A stretch of DNA of 64,000 nt from an uncultured Alphaproteobacteria bacterium (GTDB lineage: Bacteria; Pseudomonadota; Alphaproteobacteria; RF32; CAG-239): positions 3,889 to 67,888 of the forward strand of contig CALXTW010000007.1 in the NCBI GenBank assembly GCA_944391515.1, read 5' to 3'. The position numbers were made by a program, and so were the translations under genes. Under the pieces are notes generated by a model. The model saw only the letters and a program-made list of their open reading frames with translations, had not been told where the DNA came from and searched no databases. Positions 30,866 to 40,240 of the stretch are shown here, one piece after another. How positions within the stretch are numbered: position 1 is the first letter of the stretch; every line of letters starts with the position of its first letter.

Positions 30866-31156
30866 ATGGATATTTGGACTCTACTCACCATTTTTACCCT
30901 TGCCTGTTTTGTCGGCTACTTTGTTGTCTGGGGGGTTACGCCCGCCCTGCACTCCCCATTGATGAGCGTCTCCAATGCCATTTCCGGCATTGTGATTGTC
31001 GGCGCCCTCATCACGGCCGGTATTTCCGAAATGAACACACCCAAAATTTTAGGCTTAATTGCCGTCTTTTTAGCCGCGATCAACATTTTTGGCGGATTTG
31101 CCGTTTCGCACCGTATGTTACTCATGTTTAAGAAGAAAAAAGCGGAGAAAAAATAA
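30866..31156 (+). CDS. pntAB: NAD(P) transhydrogenase subunit alpha part 2 (membrane dII-a)
   Basis: 96 aa from the ATG at 30866 ([10 protein letters not shown]...), with [16 protein letters not shown]. The track start at 30821 overlaps pntAA. Confidence 0.9.
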   Translation: MDIWTLLTIFTLACFVGYFVVWGVTPALHSPLMSVSNAISGIVIVGALITAGISEMNTPKILGLIAVFLAAINIFGGFAVSHRMLLMFKKKKAEKK

Positions 31157-32520
31157 TGAGCATTTCTTATCTATCCTTTTCTTATCTACAGGCCTCCATC
31201 TTATTAATTTTATCTATTCGAGGCCTTGCTTCTCCCGAAACTGCCCGCAGAGGTAACATCTTGGGCATCATCGGTATGGCTTTAGCCATCCTCATCACAC
31301 TTTATTCGCCTTTAGTCAGCGAATATAAATGGGTATTATTGATGATTGTCCTAGGCGGTATCATCGGCACCATTTCAGCCCTCAAGGTTAAGATGACTTC
31401 TCTTCCGCAAATGATTGCCGCATTTAACGGCTTAGGCGGACTTTCTTCGGTGTTTATTGCCGCAGCCGAAATCATCTCCGGTGCCCAAACTTACCTTGAA
31501 ACATCGCTTGGTATGCTAATAGGTGCGGTTGCTTTTTCAGGCTCACTCATTGCCTTTGCCAAACTCCAAGGGCTTATGCCTGCCAAAGCCATCACCTTCC
31601 CCGGCCAACAATTTCTAAATCTTTTGTTAGCCATAGGCGTTCTTGCCTCGGCCACCTTATTTATCCTCAATGGCAATCCTGATATTTTCTATATTTTAGC
31701 AGGCTTAAGCATCATCTTAGGATTATTGTTGGTATTGCCGATTGGCGGAGCCGATATGCCGGTTGTTATCTCGATTCTCAATGCTTATTCAGGTTGGGCA
31801 GCTGTTGGTATTGGCTTTGCATTGAATAATGTTTTGCTGATAATCATCGGTTCAATCGTCGGCGCCAGCGGTGCGATTTTGTCCTACATTATGGTCAAAG
31901 CCATGAACCGCTCGCTTAAAAATGTGATGCTCGGAGGATTTGGTATTGCCAAAAACAAAACCGCTCAAGCAGATAAGGAAGAAAAAGTAGCCCACAGCGG
32001 TACCCCCGAAGACGCCGCCTTCATTATGGAAAACGCCAATAAAGTCATTATTGTTCCGGGCTATGGTATGGCGGTTGCCCAAGCCCAACATATCTTAAAA
32101 GAAATGGCGGTTGACCTCAAAGAAAAATACGACGTTGAGGTAAAATTTGCCATTCACCCCGTTGCCGGACGTATGCCCGGACACATGAACGTCTTATTGG
32201 CTGAGGCAAATGTGCCTTATGATGATGTTTTTGAAATGGATGACATCAACCGTGAATTTGCCACCGCTGATGTTGCTTACGTCATTGGAGCCAACGATGT
32301 TACCAATCCGCAAGCCAAAACCAACCCCGATTCGCCGATTTATGGTATGCCGATTCTGGAAGTTGAAAAAGCCAAAACCGTATTTTTTGTTAAACGCTCA
32401 CTTGCTACCGGCTATTCAGGCGTTGACAATCCGCTGTTTTACGCCCCCAACACGGTCATGCTTTATGGTGATGCCAAAAAAGTCACCGAAGAAATCGTCC
32501 GTTCACTGGAGAAAAATTAA
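31156..32520 (+). CDS. pntB: NAD(P) transhydrogenase subunit beta
   Basis: 454 aa with IVPGYGMAVAQAQH and HPVAGRMPGHMNVLLAEA motifs. Confidence 0.96.
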   Translation: MSISYLSFSYLQASILLILSIRGLASPETARRGNILGIIGMALAILITLYSPLVSEYKWVLLMIVLGGIIGTISALKVKMTSLPQMIAAFNGLGGLSSVFIAAAEIISGAQTYLETSLGMLIGAVAFSGSLIAFAKLQGLMPAKAITFPGQQFLNLLLAIGVLASATLFILNGNPDIFYILAGLSIILGLLLVLPIGGADMPVVISILNAYSGWAAVGIGFALNNVLLIIIGSIVGASGAILSYIMVKAMNRSLKNVMLGGFGIAKNKTAQADKEEKVAHSGTPEDAAFIMENANKVIIVPGYGMAVAQAQHILKEMAVDLKEKYDVEVKFAIHPVAGRMPGHMNVLLAEANVPYDDVFEMDDINREFATADVAYVIGANDVTNPQAKTNPDSPIYGMPILEVEKAKTVFFVKRSLATGYSGVDNPLFYAPNTVMLYGDAKKVTEEIVRSLEKN

Positions 32521-32563
32521 GCAAAAAATAAGGAGTCCAAAGCTCCTTATTTTTTTTATAACA

Positions 32564-33310
32564 TTAACGAACAATTTTTGTTAAATCAAAAAGGAACGAA
32601 TAACTTTTTTCAAGATCAGCCTCATTGGGATAGGCAAGAACCCGACTTTGTTTGATAATATTACCTCTTGAGTAGTTATACATTGCATCAAAAGACATAC
32701 CAAAATCATTTTCCATATCCAACACTTGTGCAAAAATTTTATTAATCAAACTTTGTCCCAATATTTTATTAATTTTAAATCCTGTTTTTATCAAATAATC
32801 TAACATTTCTTGATAATTTATAACCGACAAATGGAAAGGATCCATACTTTTTCCGGTTTCATCAATCTGTTCACATAAAGAATTTGGAAAAGATAAAAAA
32901 AGTCGCCCATTTACAGGTAAAACATCATAAAATTTTTGAATTTGTTCAAAAGGATTTATCAAATGTTCAATTGTTTCAAAACTTACAATGGTTGATAGAT
33001 TATTTTCTAAAAATCCTAAGTTTTCCTGCAAATCCACTTTTACAAAAGAAAGATTATTTTTAATATATTTAGTCTTAGCAATTGCTAAATAACTATCATT
33101 AATATCACAACCAATCACTTTATAAGCCTTGGATGCCAACAAATCCGCTCCATATCCGGTTGCGCAAGCAATATCTGCAATGCTATCCCTATTTGTTATA
33201 TGGTCTAACGCATAAAGATAGCGTCCACAATGTTCTAATTTCATAAAGAAATTTTGAATTTTTTCATCAAAGGGATCACAATATTCCGACGTTAAATAGT
33301 TACTGTTCAT
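32564..33310 (-). CDS. class I SAM-dependent methyltransferase
   Basis: IADIACATGYG (motif I) and F.TIEH. I prefer the ATG at 33310, 3 nt after the upstream stop. The track uses a TTG at 33370. Confidence 0.8.
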   Translation of the reverse strand: MNSNYLTSEYCDPFDEKIQNFFMKLEHCGRYLYALDHITNRDSIADIACATGYGADLLASKAYKVIGCDINDSYLAIAKTKYIKNNLSFVKVDLQENLGFLENNLSTIVSFETIEHLINPFEQIQKFYDVLPVNGRLFLSFPNSLCEQIDETGKSMDPFHLSVINYQEMLDYLIKTGFKINKILGQSLINKIFAQVLDMENDFGMSFDAMYNYSRGNIIKQSRVLAYPNEADLEKSYSFLFDLTKIVR

Positions 33311-33312
33311 AT

Positions 33313-33870
33313 TTACAACATCAATAAAAGTGCTATTGCCAACACGGCATAGAGCAACAATCCTCTCCAATACATTCCCGCCACTCTAAAATCTGCACCC
33401 GAAGGTATGGCATTTTCAATAATGATTGTTTGCAACAAAACATATAACACATAGTTCAAAAACGTCGGCGTCATCAATGGCAAAGCATAGCGATTAATAT
33501 AAAAAGCAATCGGCAACAAGAGCAACGGGGCCATCGCCGAAGGCACGGCGTTATAAAACGTAATATTGCTGAAACCAACGCTTCCCATTACATAAGCCCC
33601 TTCTAAATTTCTTTTGGGAAAAATGGTAAAATTCACCGGTCTGGCATTAAGGATTGAACCGACCAAGTAGTGCATCAGCTCATGCAAAAAGGTCCCCGGA
33701 ATATTCACCAAAGCACTCATCCACATACTGGAATAAGTCGCATATTTCACCCGCATTAAGATAATCACCAACAAAATCAGATAAAACCGATTATCAAAAA
33801 AACTCCGCAAAAATTCCGGACTGTTAAAAAAAGCATAAATATTATAAAGCACTTGCCACAAAACGTTCAT
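33313..33870 (-). CDS. polytopic membrane protein with an HExxH motif (putative membrane zincin, DUF3267-like)
   Basis: 185 aa with FLHELMHYLVG between TM segments. Confidence 0.65.
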   Translation of the reverse strand: MNVLWQVLYNIYAFFNSPEFLRSFFDNRFYLILLVIILMRVKYATYSSMWMSALVNIPGTFLHELMHYLVGSILNARPVNFTIFPKRNLEGAYVMGSVGFSNITFYNAVPSAMAPLLLLPIAFYINRYALPLMTPTFLNYVLYVLLQTIIIENAIPSGADFRVAGMYWRGLLLYAVLAIALLLML

Positions 33871-33873
33871 TTT

Positions 33874-34470
33874 CTAGGCCCTCAACACGGTCAAACCCGC
33901 CAAATACGTATTCAAAAGCAGTTTGCACAAACTCTTCTTATTAATGCGGCTGAAATTATCCAAAGCATTGGTGGTCAAAAAAGAGCTGAGTGAAAACAAA
34001 GTCAGCCACAAAACCTGCCTTGCCAACTGGCGTTCTTTGACTTTCAAATTTCTATACACATCGTCAAACGCACCTTCCCAAACTTTTGTGACCATCACCA
34101 ATTTTCTTAAATAGAGTTTCGGCAGCTTTCCATATTCGGCATGAAGGTGAAAATTATAAAGCAAAAACCACAAATTTCTGTTAGCCGAGACAAAATTCAC
34201 AAACGCATCCAAATAGCGGTTAAGCATTTGGTATGAGCTTTCCCCTTTAGGGGTTTTGAGCATAAAGCGCAACAATTCGTCTAAGGTCTGCTTGTTTTGT
34301 TCTAAGACAAAATTATCCATCGTTCCGAATTGATTATAAATCGTTCCGACCGAATATTCCGAAGCCTCGGCCAGCTTTCTTGCGGTTAAATAATCGGCAC
34401 CTTTAAGTTTAACCAACTCTCGCCCTTTAGCGATAAGAGTTTTGCGAATATTGTCTTTTATAAATGTCAT
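33874..34470 (-). CDS. TetR/AcrR-family transcriptional regulator
   Basis: 198 aa with an N-terminal HTH (LTARKLAEASEYSVGTIYNQF). Confidence 0.88.
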   Translation of the reverse strand: MTFIKDNIRKTLIAKGRELVKLKGADYLTARKLAEASEYSVGTIYNQFGTMDNFVLEQNKQTLDELLRFMLKTPKGESSYQMLNRYLDAFVNFVSANRNLWFLLYNFHLHAEYGKLPKLYLRKLVMVTKVWEGAFDDVYRNLKVKERQLARQVLWLTLFSLSSFLTTNALDNFSRINKKSLCKLLLNTYLAGLTVLRA

Positions 34471-34571
34471 CTTATATTTTATATTAACCTAAAATTTGTA
34501 AATTAACATTATACTAGAACAAAAATGAACACCGTTCAATTTTTTTCTTAAAAATCAACAAGGATAAAATC

Positions 34572-35420
34572 ATGAACAATAAATTTTGCGTAATTGGATT
34601 AGCAACAGTTCTTATTGGTATTGGAGCTCATAAACTCTCTGCCCAAAATGCCACAACAAATTTTTATGATACGATGCTGATATCTGACGAAATAAAAACC
34701 GAAGAAAACGCTGAATCCGCTAAAGATTCCGCCAGTCAATTACTCAATTCTAGACCTCAAGAAATCAAGGTTGAATCTCCACTGTTACGTTCCCACCAAA
34801 GAAAAATCAGGCAAAATGCAAAATCTCCCGCTCCCAAAACACTAGAAGGAAAAAATCCCGCACCTTTTGGCTTGTCATGGGGAGCAAGTTACGATGAAGT
34901 AAAAAATGAAGGCGTCATATTAAATTCGATTGAACAAAAAGACTACATCAATAACTTTTCAGCCACTCATTTACCCAAGAACATAAACCTGTTTCGTGAA
35001 ATTGTCTTAACTTTTGGCATAGAAAATGAGCTATGGAGAATAATTGCCTATGGTAACTTTTTAGATGATACCCCTTCAGCCGAAAAAGTACTTTCGCTTT
35101 ACAATCAATATTACAAATTGCTCGAAAAGAAATACGGTAATGCCCAACAATTTTATACCCCCAATGTAATTAATGTTGACCAACCTCTAGGTAACGGCAA
35201 AACCGAAACCATTCAACAAGAACAAGCCATTGGCAATCCGAATTTCTTAAAAGAGCTCCAAAACGGACAAGCCTTTTTATATGCCACTTTTGAGAATGGC
35301 CAAGTTGGTGCGGCATTAAGTGTCAACGTTGACGGACAAGGCAAAAGTTACATTACAATTGAATACAAAAATCTAACCATAATGAAAGCCAGAGAGCAAC
35401 AGGCTCTGGATGTACTCTAA
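34572..35420 (+). CDS. secreted hypothetical protein
   Basis: 282 aa with signal peptide MNNKFCVIGLATVLIGIGAHKLSA. No recognised domain. Confidence 0.65.
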   Translation: MNNKFCVIGLATVLIGIGAHKLSAQNATTNFYDTMLISDEIKTEENAESAKDSASQLLNSRPQEIKVESPLLRSHQRKIRQNAKSPAPKTLEGKNPAPFGLSWGASYDEVKNEGVILNSIEQKDYINNFSATHLPKNINLFREIVLTFGIENELWRIIAYGNFLDDTPSAEKVLSLYNQYYKLLEKKYGNAQQFYTPNVINVDQPLGNGKTETIQQEQAIGNPNFLKELQNGQAFLYATFENGQVGAALSVNVDGQGKSYITIEYKNLTIMKAREQQALDVL

Positions 35421-35438
35421 AACAATAAGGATAAACAC

Positions 35439-36806
35439 ATGACTAAAAAAAGTTTCTGCGGAATTTCAGGCAGCGGTATGAGCGCTTTAGCTCAAGTATT
35501 GTTACATCTTGGATATGAGGTTCAAGGTAGTGATCGCAGTTTTGACCAAGGCAAAGACCAAGAAAACAAAAAAGCCCTTGAAAACTTAGGCATCAAAATT
35601 TATCCGCAAGATGGTTCCGCCATTACCTCAGATGTTGAAACCTTATATGTTTCCACCGCTGTTGAAGATTCTATTTCCGATGTCAAAGCGGCTCTGGAAA
35701 AAAATATTCCCATCAAAAAGCGCTCTGACTTGCTGGCCGAAATCTTTCATAACTATCCCAAGAACATAGCCGTCGGCGGCACCAGCGGCAAAACCACCGT
35801 CACCGCCATGATTGGCTTTATATTGGATAAATTAGGCTTAAATCCCTGCGTTATTAATGGTGGTCTAATGCTCAACTATGCTGACCGTCCGGGAATTCCC
35901 AACATTATTTATAATCCTGGAGAAACATGCGTTATTGAGGCCGATGAAAGCGATGGTTCGATTGAAAAATACCATCCCTTTGTCGCCGTCATTAACAATA
36001 TTTCCATCGACCATAAAACGATTCCCGAATTGCAAAAACTCTTTTCCGACTTTGCAAATCGCGCTCGTGGCGGCGTTGTTGTCAATGCCGATTGTCAGGT
36101 CTGTGCAGATATAAAAAGCGCCAATGTTCGTACGGTAAAATTTTCTCTCACTGATAAGAGTGCTGATTTTTATGCTTCTGACATCAAAGCTCTTCCACAT
36201 GGTACGCAATATCGTTTTTGCGACCAAACCTTTACCCTAAAATTAATTGGTAACTTCAATGTCGCCAATGCCCTCTCAGCCATTGCCGCTTGCTCATTTT
36301 TGGGCGTTGATAAATTGCAAGCCGCCAAAGCCTTGGAAGAATTTTTAGGAACCCATCGCCGTCTTGAAGTCATTGGCACACATAATGACATCATGGTAAT
36401 TGATGACTTTGCTCACAATCCCGATAAAGTCAAAGCTTCTGTCTCTGCCCTTAAGAATTATCCGGGACGCTTGATTTTTATGTTCCAACCACACGGCTTT
36501 TCTCCCATGCGCATGATGGGCAAACAAATCATTGATGAATTTTGCACCCAAATGAGCGATGAAGATATTCTGCTTATGCCTGAGATTTATTTTGCCGGTG
36601 GCACCGTCACAAGAGACATATCTTCGCTTGACTTAATAAAACACGCTCAAAATCAGGGTAAACAAGCCCACTATTTCGCCACCCGTGATGAAGCTAAACA
36701 ATTTATTCTCTCCCATGCCCGTCCTCATGACCGCATTGTTATCATGGGCGCAAGAGACAACTCTCTGCCTGACTTTTGCAAAACGATTTTAGAGGAACTA
36801 AAATAA
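35439..36806 (+). CDS. mpl: Mur ligase of the MurC/Mpl family (probable murein-peptide recycling ligase)
   Basis: 455 aa with GISGSGMSALA and GGTSGKTT (P-loop). It lies outside any dcw cluster and its stop overlaps the ldcA start (TAATG). Confidence 0.7.
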   Translation: MTKKSFCGISGSGMSALAQVLLHLGYEVQGSDRSFDQGKDQENKKALENLGIKIYPQDGSAITSDVETLYVSTAVEDSISDVKAALEKNIPIKKRSDLLAEIFHNYPKNIAVGGTSGKTTVTAMIGFILDKLGLNPCVINGGLMLNYADRPGIPNIIYNPGETCVIEADESDGSIEKYHPFVAVINNISIDHKTIPELQKLFSDFANRARGGVVVNADCQVCADIKSANVRTVKFSLTDKSADFYASDIKALPHGTQYRFCDQTFTLKLIGNFNVANALSAIAACSFLGVDKLQAAKALEEFLGTHRRLEVIGTHNDIMVIDDFAHNPDKVKASVSALKNYPGRLIFMFQPHGFSPMRMMGKQIIDEFCTQMSDEDILLMPEIYFAGGTVTRDISSLDLIKHAQNQGKQAHYFATRDEAKQFILSHARPHDRIVIMGARDNSLPDFCKTILEELK

Positions 36807-37750
36807 TGTTTAAGCTCAATCCCGGCGACAAGATAGGTATCATCACACCGTCTAACTTTCTAGACTTTCAAACACCGCTTGACCCGGAACTAAAAAAATC
36901 ACTCGCAAAAAATCGCGGCATAAACCCCAAAGATGCGGCACAATTAGCTATTGAATATCTCAGGAGCTTAGGCTTACAAGTGGTCATCGGAGCACACGTC
37001 TATGACAAATTTCGCCACATGGGCGGCACTCCGCAAAACCGAGCTGAAGATTTAAACAACTTTATTCGAGATAAAGAAATCAAAGCCATTTTTTGCTCCA
37101 CGGGCGGCGCCGGCGCACAATATATGTTGCCATATATTGACTATGAAACATTACGCCACAATCCCAAACCGATTTTTGGAATTAGCGATGCTTCTACTTT
37201 GCAAATTGCCATGCAAAGCTTAAGCAATAATCCGGGCTATAATGGTTTTTCTTTGGCATATGATTTTCGATATGGCAAAATCCGGCCTCAAGCCGCAATC
37301 GATTTACCTGACATATTTTCGGGCAATTATCACTCCATCCAAGGAGGCGAAACCGTTCATTCGGGCATTGCCGAAGGTATATTGGTCGGAGGCTGTTTGA
37401 GCATGCTTCGCAACCTTACCGGAACACCATATTTTCCTGACTTAACCGATAAAATTCTTCTCATCGAAGATATTGGTGAACGCACTTACCGTATAGATTC
37501 CATGCTGCGCCAAATTCGCCAACAACCCAATTTTGAACGCCTAAAAGGAATTGTTTTCGGAGGATTTAACGAATGTATTATTCGCTATGAGGAAGATAAC
37601 ACAATTGACCAAATCATTGACTATTTCTGTGAAGATTTAAAAATGCCCGTTATCAAACATTTCCCTTGGGGACACTTTGAGGAAAGAAGAATAGTTCCAC
37701 TAGGAATTCTTGGTTGTCTTGACGCCGATACTTGCACTTTGAGCTTCTAA
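36806..37750 (+). CDS. ldcA: LD-carboxypeptidase (peptidase S66, LdcA-like)
   Basis: GIITPS, CSTGGAGA, the GISDAS nucleophile elbow and a GH late in the protein. Start taken at the ATG at 36806. Confidence 0.85.
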   Translation: MFKLNPGDKIGIITPSNFLDFQTPLDPELKKSLAKNRGINPKDAAQLAIEYLRSLGLQVVIGAHVYDKFRHMGGTPQNRAEDLNNFIRDKEIKAIFCSTGGAGAQYMLPYIDYETLRHNPKPIFGISDASTLQIAMQSLSNNPGYNGFSLAYDFRYGKIRPQAAIDLPDIFSGNYHSIQGGETVHSGIAEGILVGGCLSMLRNLTGTPYFPDLTDKILLIEDIGERTYRIDSMLRQIRQQPNFERLKGIVFGGFNECIIRYEEDNTIDQIIDYFCEDLKMPVIKHFPWGHFEERRIVPLGILGCLDADTCTLSF

Positions 37751-38418
37751 AAGAGCCAATTGTTCAAATACTGCCAGTTTTTATCCATCAGCCAGAACAC
37801 CAATTTTTTGTACTGAGCAACACCTTCCCATTGTTTGCTGTTAAAAGCGAGCAAACAGCCCACAATCCATAAATTGGCTCCAGGCAAAAACATCCAACAA
37901 AACTTGGCTGAAACTTTGGCAAAATCGGTTTGCTTTTCATTAATTTGCGAAGCAACCGCATCCAAATGATACGCCCCCAAATACCCAATCACGGCATTTA
38001 TCAATAACGCAGGCACATAAGGCTCTAAAAAAGGAATAAATAACATTGCAAAGAAAGCAAACAAAGGAAAGAAATAAGGAGCAACTACGATTAACCAATT
38101 ACCTTCACCCTCAAAGCTCATTGCACCACCTGATTGGTCTTCAGCCAATTTAATACTTTTCACCTTATGAAAAGTCAGCAAAGCAAAAAAGGCGTGCGTC
38201 AACTCATGAGCCAAAATTTGCATATTTGCCTTCAACGAAGCATCCGACATACCTTTAGAGACAAAATACGCAAAGAAACCGCCAAACATTGCAAAATATT
38301 TGAGTTGCATAAACTTAAACCAAGCCAAAGACTGGAATAACGCCGGTATTGACACCAACATAAATAAAGCCGCCGGCCATTTTAAAACTTCTATAATTTG
38401 ATTAATCAGCTTTTGCAT
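37747..38418 (-). CDS. polytopic membrane protein with an HExxH motif (peptidase M50B-like)
   Basis: LAHELTHAFFALLTFH between TM segments. Start taken at the ATG at 38418, preceded by AAAGGAG. Confidence 0.65.
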   Translation of the reverse strand: MQKLINQIIEVLKWPAALFMLVSIPALFQSLAWFKFMQLKYFAMFGGFFAYFVSKGMSDASLKANMQILAHELTHAFFALLTFHKVKSIKLAEDQSGGAMSFEGEGNWLIVVAPYFFPLFAFFAMLFIPFLEPYVPALLINAVIGYLGAYHLDAVASQINEKQTDFAKVSAKFCWMFLPGANLWIVGCLLAFNSKQWEGVAQYKKLVFWLMDKNWQYLNNWLF

Positions 38419-38564
38419 TTTCACTCCTTTCACATAGTAAAAGGCATAACTCAAAATTATGCAAGAATGAATATCAAGTTGAACACACCTCAGAACATAA
38501 GTCTTGTAAATCACTTATTTTGAGGTAATATAAGAGCAAGAAATAAAATTAAAAGGAAACTGCA

Positions 38565-38864
38565 ATGGATAATAAAGACTTTGAAACCTTTGACTTTTTA
38601 ATTAACGATGAAGATGAAGTCATGCTCCTTTTGTATCAACGTGAAGGCGAACCGGAAAATCCGCATATCGAAATAGATTTTGAAGAAAAAGCTGCCTTAT
38701 TATATCGCAACGACAACGACATTATAGAGTTAAGCGATATTAGCGATGATGTGCTAGATAGCCTACAAGACGCGGATAAACTTTTAGTGTGCGAACTCTC
38801 CCGAACAGAAAATGAAGAAGAGGAAGAAATCACTCACGCCTATGAAGCAGAAATTCGCGATTAA
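38565..38864 (+). CDS. small highly acidic hypothetical protein
   Basis: 99 aa, D/E-rich, with no recognised motif. Confidence 0.55.
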   Translation: MDNKDFETFDFLINDEDEVMLLLYQREGEPENPHIEIDFEEKAALLYRNDNDIIELSDISDDVLDSLQDADKLLVCELSRTENEEEEEITHAYEAEIRD

Positions 38865-38878
38865 TATATTTACCGAAC

Positions 38879-38912
38879 AAAAAAAAGAGTTCCTTGGGGA
38901 ACTCTTTTTTTT
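38879..38912. terminator. bidirectional terminator between convergent genes
   Basis: A-run, AAGAGTTCC-ttgg-GGAACTCTT, then a T8 run. Confidence 0.8.
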
Positions 38913-38913
38913 G

Positions 38914-40230
38914 CTACTTAATCTTAAAAATTGTTTTCTTCGGTTGTGCTGCTAAAAGTCTCTGAATATAGCGCCCTTGATAAAGATTAATTCCAAGCGA
39001 ATTTCCGATATCCACCGCATTAGGATCATCCACGCGACACAAAATCATCTTTGCTCTTTCTGCTCTGTTCACATAGTCTGTAAAATGAGTATCTTCTTTT
39101 ATCATATCCATAAAAGACGGATGCCAAATAATTTTCAGCAAATCGCCATCTAATTGCTCACGATCAATATATTTCAGTTTATCAACGGTAATACCATCAA
39201 TACAAATTTTATACCCTCGATATTGCGCAAAAGTTTTAGCCAAAATAAAAGCCTTGATATCATTTAAAATATCTACCAGTTGCAATTCCAACACAATAGT
39301 GGAACGCATAGACGGATTGATATTATCATCAAAAGCCAAAAAGTCATCTGAAAGAATGGTTGATACATTCAAATTCAAACTAAAATTACTGTTTAGCGAA
39401 CCATCATCGTGTTGACCGACACTTGCCAAAACACGTTTATCCAAAGTTTCAGTAAGGTGTAAAAACAACCATGGATTTGCTGTCAAATCCACATCAGGAA
39501 GTAATGTATCTCTTAAATCGGCAATAGACACAAACACCTCATCAAAAATCATTTGCGGAGGTGATTTTCCGATAACGGCACAAACTGACTGCCTACGGAT
39601 GAGGCTGGCAAAATCGGCCATTAGCAATGCCTTTTGTACTTTAGCCAACATATTAGGCGTCAATTCTCGTCTTAACTTACGAGAGGCATTCATCGCCGGA
39701 GAAGTATTTTGAGGATTTGCTCGTCCTCCTGCGGAGGGCGAAAAATTTTGATTTTGAGAAAGACTATCCATCACATTTCTGATAACAGATTTAAACTCTC
39801 CTTTTTCTGTTGCCAAATCAAAAAATTTCACAAATCCGGCTTGTTCTAAATCAAAAGCATTTGCCAAAAAAGGATCATCGTGAAAAATAAAACGAACCTT
39901 TATAAGACAAGCCTGTATTTCTTCACTTGCTTTTTTATTAAAGAAAACAACCATATCTTCATTAGGTAGACCAAAAATTTCGCCACCATTTTTCTGCGTA
40001 ACATTTTCAAAAGTTTCTATCAGATTTTGCCTTTGCAGTGATTTAAGCTTGGCACTTTTTAATTTACTTATATACACATATAAAGCCCGAAACTGATGAC
40101 TATTAGCATCAATTTTAGAAAGATAATCTAAAATTAAAGTATCACGTTTCAAATTACTAGTTGGCTCGGAGGGTTGAGCTTTAACCTTTTCCGGCAATTT
40201 AGGTGCACTTTTACTACCAAACAAAAACAT
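38914..40230 (-). CDS. degenerate GGDEF-like / degenerate EAL-like protein (paralogue 1)
   Basis: 438 aa with AGGAGG upstream. The N-terminal half resembles a GGDEF fold with PNEDMVVFF in place of GGDEF. The C-terminal half is EAL-like (RRQSV...DEVF, NLNVS, VLELQ, ICIDG, LLKI, YQGRY) but lacks most catalytic acidic residues. Confidence 0.65.
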   Translation of the reverse strand: MFLFGSKSAPKLPEKVKAQPSEPTSNLKRDTLILDYLSKIDANSHQFRALYVYISKLKSAKLKSLQRQNLIETFENVTQKNGGEIFGLPNEDMVVFFNKKASEEIQACLIKVRFIFHDDPFLANAFDLEQAGFVKFFDLATEKGEFKSVIRNVMDSLSQNQNFSPSAGGRANPQNTSPAMNASRKLRRELTPNMLAKVQKALLMADFASLIRRQSVCAVIGKSPPQMIFDEVFVSIADLRDTLLPDVDLTANPWLFLHLTETLDKRVLASVGQHDDGSLNSNFSLNLNVSTILSDDFLAFDDNINPSMRSTIVLELQLVDILNDIKAFILAKTFAQYRGYKICIDGITVDKLKYIDREQLDGDLLKIIWHPSFMDMIKEDTHFTDYVNRAERAKMILCRVDDPNAVDIGNSLGINLYQGRYIQRLLAAQPKKTIFKIK

Positions 40231-40240
40231 GCTTCCCCTC

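Noticed and set aside
33311-33370. A TTG-initiated 20-codon extension of the methyltransferase ORF that overlaps the upstream gene by 58 nt.
   Set aside because: An ATG at 33310 lies 3 nt after the upstream stop and gives a normal methyltransferase N-terminus.
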